From the NCBI GenBank assembly GCA_965369605.1, contig CBDURE010000001.1, positions 781 to 64,780 of the forward strand: a stretch of DNA of 64,000 bases, read 5' to 3'. Below, piece after piece: positions 60,656 through 64,000 of the stretch. Position numbers and translations under genes: made by a program. The notes beneath the pieces were generated by a model. The model was not told the origin of the DNA, did no database searches, and saw only the letters and a list, made by a program, of their open reading frames with translations. Each line of letters starts with the position of its first letter. Positions within the stretch are counted from its first letter, which is position 1. The DNA comes from an uncultured bacterium (GTDB lineage Bacteria > JAJVIF01 > JAGGVT01).

Positions 60656-61444
60656 ATGGAAAACATACAGCAACTGACATATTTTGACCTCATCTGGGCG
60701 TTTGTCCTGATTCTCATTATCGGAATCATCAGCGTTTGGGAGAGTTTGAAATTCGAACGCGATCTCGCAATCGGCGTTGTCAGAACTGTTTTGCAGCTGA
60801 CCCTGATGGGTTACTTCCTGAAATATATATTCAAACTGAATAATTTCTGGATAATTCTTCTTATTATGATAGTGATGCTGATAATCGCATCACACACCGC
60901 GCAGGGACGCCTTAGGAACAAAAAAGTCCACGGATCTCAATGGCTAATCGGGCTTTCACTTGGTGTTGGCGCGACAATCACAACGATTTTCGCAATAGTG
61001 CTGACAGTCAATGCTGAGCCGTGGTGGAATCCGCAGTATCTTCTTCCGCTGTTCGGAATGATTCTCGGAAACGGCATGAACAGCGTCGCGCTTTCCGGTG
61101 AACGCCTTCAGGCTGAATTGAATCACAGGCGGATTGAGATTGAAACTCTTCTAGCGCTTGGATACTCCGCGCATGAGGCATCGAAACATGTGCGCCGTGA
61201 TGCTGTCCGCGCGGGGCTTATTCCCTCTATCAACATGATGATGGTCGTTGGAATTGTTGTCCTTCCCGGATTGATGAGCGGACAGATAATCAGCGGTATT
61301 GATCCGACTCTCGCGGTGAAATATCAGATTATGGTTACTTTCATGATTGCGGGAAGCCGCGGAATCGCCAGCTGGCTTCTGATTCGACTTATGCTGTCAC
61401 GCTATTTCACCCCCTCACACCAGTTAAAATACTGGATGCTTTAA
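60656..61444 (+). CDS. ABC permease of the UPF0014/FetB(YbbM)-like family
   Basis: 262 aa with ~7 TM helices, immediately downstream of the FetA-like ATPase. Size and hydropathy are like YbbM. Confidence 0.5.
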   Translation: MENIQQLTYFDLIWAFVLILIIGIISVWESLKFERDLAIGVVRTVLQLTLMGYFLKYIFKLNNFWIILLIMIVMLIIASHTAQGRLRNKKVHGSQWLIGLSLGVGATITTIFAIVLTVNAEPWWNPQYLLPLFGMILGNGMNSVALSGERLQAELNHRRIEIETLLALGYSAHEASKHVRRDAVRAGLIPSINMMMVVGIVVLPGLMSGQIISGIDPTLAVKYQIMVTFMIAGSRGIASWLLIRLMLSRYFTPSHQLKYWML

Positions 61445-61543
61445 ATCGTATTAACCCTTTTTCACCCGTATTTCATGACATTAATAGACAGGAAAAGAGA
61501 TTTCTTGTCTTTAAATACTATACGCAATATTACGGAGGGTCAT

Positions 61544-63331
61544 ACAATGTCCTCAAATATTAGAATTGCTTTGCTTTTGATTATTCTATTTGTCATTATC
61601 GCGACAGTTGTTGCTAATTGTAGTGGAGGTTCCGGTGTTGCTCCCAATCTGCCGGGCGACACACCACCACCAACCGAGGGTAGCGATGATTATTATGAGC
61701 CATCCGATAATTTGAAAGATGTTGATAACCTGTCCATGAACCTGTCCGGTGTGGATGACAATACTTACACATTCGACTATTCAGGCGCGTCGCCTGATAT
61801 CAACATCGGTGACATCCTTTCAGGTTCTGCTAATGGCGGTTATTTGCGGGAAGTTACAGATGTCGTTGACACGGGAACTCAATTGGTTATCTCGACGTTA
61901 CAGGCGTCCATTGATGACGCAATTGGCAGTGCCCAGATGTCCGCACAGATTGATTACTCTGAACGAACGAATCAAACATATTTCAGAACACCGGGATGTG
62001 AACCCACTCCACCGTCGGGATATGTTGTTGGCCTTGACGGCATCATCATCTACCAGGATGATGAGGTTACAGTCAAAATTCATGATGGCGAAGTTGTTTT
62101 CAATCCATCAGTCAACATCGAAATGAACTATGACATTTTCCAGGGCCTGACATTCTTCAAAGCGACAGCGGTCGGTGATTTGAACTTTGATTATGACATG
62201 AAAGTTTATGGAACCGGCGATTTCGATGTCAACGCCGAGAAACTCGTTCACACATCCGATCCTGTTCTTTTCCAGATCGGACCTGTATGGGGAACGGTTG
62301 AAGTTGATTTCTTCGCGGGCGTCGATTTCGATGGCTGCGTTGAAGACTGGCTCATTTCCGGCATTGACACTGATTTGTGTGTTGAAGTCGGTACAAAATA
62401 TGAAAATGACGAGTGGACACCGATCTCTGAGGTGAATCATAATTTCAGTCCGGGAACGATTCTGGGAACCGCTGATGGTGAAGTTTCTTTCCGGGGATAT
62501 ATACGGCCTGAAGCGCGAGTTCTTTTCGCGGGAATTGAGGGGCCTTCATTTAACTGTGACTCGATATTCGAAATGGGTGGCACAGGTGAACTGGTTTCGC
62601 CTTGTTTGGTTTACGATTTATACGGCGGCCTGCGAGCGGAAGCGACTGTTCTTGTCGAGATGATATCTGATGAAATGCTGCCGTGCACAATTGAACTGCT
62701 AAACATTAGCGAACACGTAGCTGAAGGTTCCGTTGGACAGTGCGGTGAAACCGGTGAACTGATTGTAAGCGAAATTTCCGGCTCGGATGTTATTAACAAC
62801 GGAGGATTCGCGCAGTACACGGTCAACGCAAGCGGCGATACGGGAATCACGTATTCATGGCTGTGCATTCCTGAATCGGGCGGTGTGTTTTCTACTCCGA
62901 ATGCCTACAGCTCACAATTCACGGCAACGGAAGTTACGTCCGACACCAATGTCGTGATAAAGGTAATTGTCAAATCCGACACTTGCACAGAAGGTGTGCT
63001 AAAAACTCTCGACGTGCTTGTTGCATACTCAGATTGCCCATACGCTGTCTCGAATATTAAGGGCGCGGACTATCTGTATGAAATGCAGTCAGGATTCTAT
63101 TCGGTTACAGTCCAGCCGTACTCAATCCAGGGATTATCTTTCAGATGGACATGCGCACCGCCAGCTGCGGGTTATTTCCTTAGCAACGACAGTGAGTTGA
63201 TTGAATTCTTCGCGAATCCGGTTGATGAGAACACGGTGATCAACCTTGAATTAGAGGTCGATTCAGACCAGTGCGACCCGATTACTCGCGAGAAGCAGAT
63301 AACGGTCAAGAACGAGGCGCAGGGAGAGTAG
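61544..63331 (+). CDS. secreted lipoprotein with C-terminal Ig/PKD-like domains
   Basis: MSSNIRIALLLIILFVIIATVVANCSGG signal/lipobox with GGAGGG RBS 8 nt upstream. The ORF is open from 61475. The repeated C-terminal ~90-aa segments have conserved Cys/Trp. Confidence 0.6.
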   Translation, partial: TMSSNIRIALLLIILFVIIATVVANCSGGSGVAPNLPGDTPPPTEGSDDYYEPSDNLKDVDNLSMNLSGVDDNTYTFDYSGASPDINIGDILSGSANGGYLREVTDVVDTGTQLVISTLQASIDDAIGSAQMSAQIDYSERTNQTYFRTPGCEPTPPSGYVVGLDGIIIYQDDEVTVKIHDGEVVFNPSVNIEMNYDIFQGLTFFKATAVGDLNFDYDMKVYGTGDFDVNAEKLVHTSDPVLFQIGPVWGTVEVDFFAGVDFDGCVEDWLISGIDTDLCVEVGTKYENDEWTPISEVNHNFSPGTILGTADGEVSFRGYIRPEARVLFAGIEGPSFNCDSIFEMGGTGELVSPCLVYDLYGGLRAEATVLVEMISDEMLPCTIELLNISEHVAEGSVGQCGETGELIVSEISGSDVINNGGFAQYTVNASGDTGITYSWLCIPESGGVFSTPNAYSSQFTATEVTSDTNVVIKVIVKSDTCTEGVLKTLDVLVAYSDCPYAVSNIKGADYLYEMQSGFYSVTVQPYSIQGLSFRWTCAPPAAGYFLSNDSELIEFFANPVDENTVINLELEVDSDQCDPITREKQITVKNEAQGE

Positions 63332-63361
63332 TGGAGATTATTTAATCAGAAACGCAACAAG

Positions 63362-63391
63362 ACCCGCCCTGAGAAGGGCGGGTTTTTTGTG
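63362..63391 (+). terminator. rho-independent terminator
   Basis: cccgccc-tgagaa-gggcggg followed by a T6 run. Confidence 0.7.
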
Positions 63392-63859
63392 TTTGCATGC
63401 AAAGGTATAAACATACGTTTGCTGTACTTGCTAAACAAATATTGAATATACATCAAAAAAGTTTGATTTAAAGGTTGTTTTTTCCAGAAATATATATTAT
63501 CATTAAAGGGAATTAACAGTTCTTTGGAAATTAGAGTTTTGTGTTTTTACTTCCTTTCAAGCGCCACGTTTATATCGTGCATCGAAGAGAACTCAGGTTT
63601 TCTTCACCTTCATCAGCACTAATGAAGGTCTTGAAAAGAAAGGTTACATCATTTGGGTGTGCACGAACTGCATATTCATATGTAAAGAGTATTATATCCT
63701 ATCTGATTAATTACTTACATGATCTTAGATGTGAGTATAGATGGGTCATATGATTTGTAATCCTTTCTCTCAAGTACCCATAGGCAATAATAATAATTGC
63801 TTATCAATTTACAGGGCGAAAGCCTTGGGATCAAAAAAGCTGAATGGAGGTGAAATCAA

Positions 63860-64000
63860 ATGAAATCTCTAATTAACAGGGAATTGGAGCGGGTTGAAAA
63901 ATTAATTCAATTAGTGCTGGATTATAAAAATTTGACAACTCGTGATCCAGGAGAAGTTGAATCGATTATTGAAGAAATAGCTCAAGAACTGAAAACTCAT
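63860..64000 (+). CDS. hypothetical protein, 3'-partial
   Basis: ATG preceded by GGAGGTG RBS. The open frame (MKSLINRELERVEKLIQLVLDYK...) runs to the window end. Confidence 0.35.
   Translation, partial: MKSLINRELERVEKLIQLVLDYKNLTTRDPGEVESIIEEIAQELKTH

Overview
The window is a 64-kb contig from what looks like an uncultivated bacterium. GC content appears moderate to low by eye (not computed), coding density is high, and most genes are short and end in hairpin-plus-T-tract terminators. Housekeeping and core-metabolic genes are interleaved with accessory material.

The dominant signal is a superfamily of seven paralogous signal-peptide/lipobox proteins (1018, 4086, 6992, 40373; 17917, 25383c, 33736). 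Each has one of two related conserved N-terminal modules, joined to swapped C-terminal beta-propeller or adhesin-type modules: LVIVD repeats, SBBP repeats, or PKD plus BNR/Asp-box repeats. There is clear evidence of recent mosaic recombination: 4086 and 6992 share a stretch of ~230 bp that is 100% identical.

Other accessory content:
- An N-terminally short RHS/YD-repeat protein with a Cys-rich C-terminal toxin-like domain, next to a secreted retropepsin-PDZ protease.
- A ~3.9-kb four-gene islet flanked by two families of imperfect direct repeats. It carries a PD-(D/E)xK sce7726-like gene, a 'beta protein' sce7725-like gene, an XRE-HTH+ImmA/IrrE fusion and a minimal nucleotidyltransferase.
- A DUF4062-NACHT/STAND-TPR NLR-like ATPase.
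- Two different glutamate dehydrogenases.
- A trigger-factor N-terminal remnant.
- An 8-bp microsatellite upstream of one surface-protein gene.
- Several families of hairpin/tandem-repeat elements and very long inverted repeats.

Core genes include a late-step menaquinone module (UbiD-like, UbiE/MenG, UbiX-like, UbiA-like prenyltransferase, MqnC/E-type radical SAM, an amidohydrolase that may be aminofutalosine deaminase). There are also a PAS histidine kinase, an AroB-like dehydroquinate synthase, RDD and SpoIIM-like membrane proteins, a crotonase, and a FetAB-like ABC exporter. No rRNA, tRNA or CRISPR array was found.
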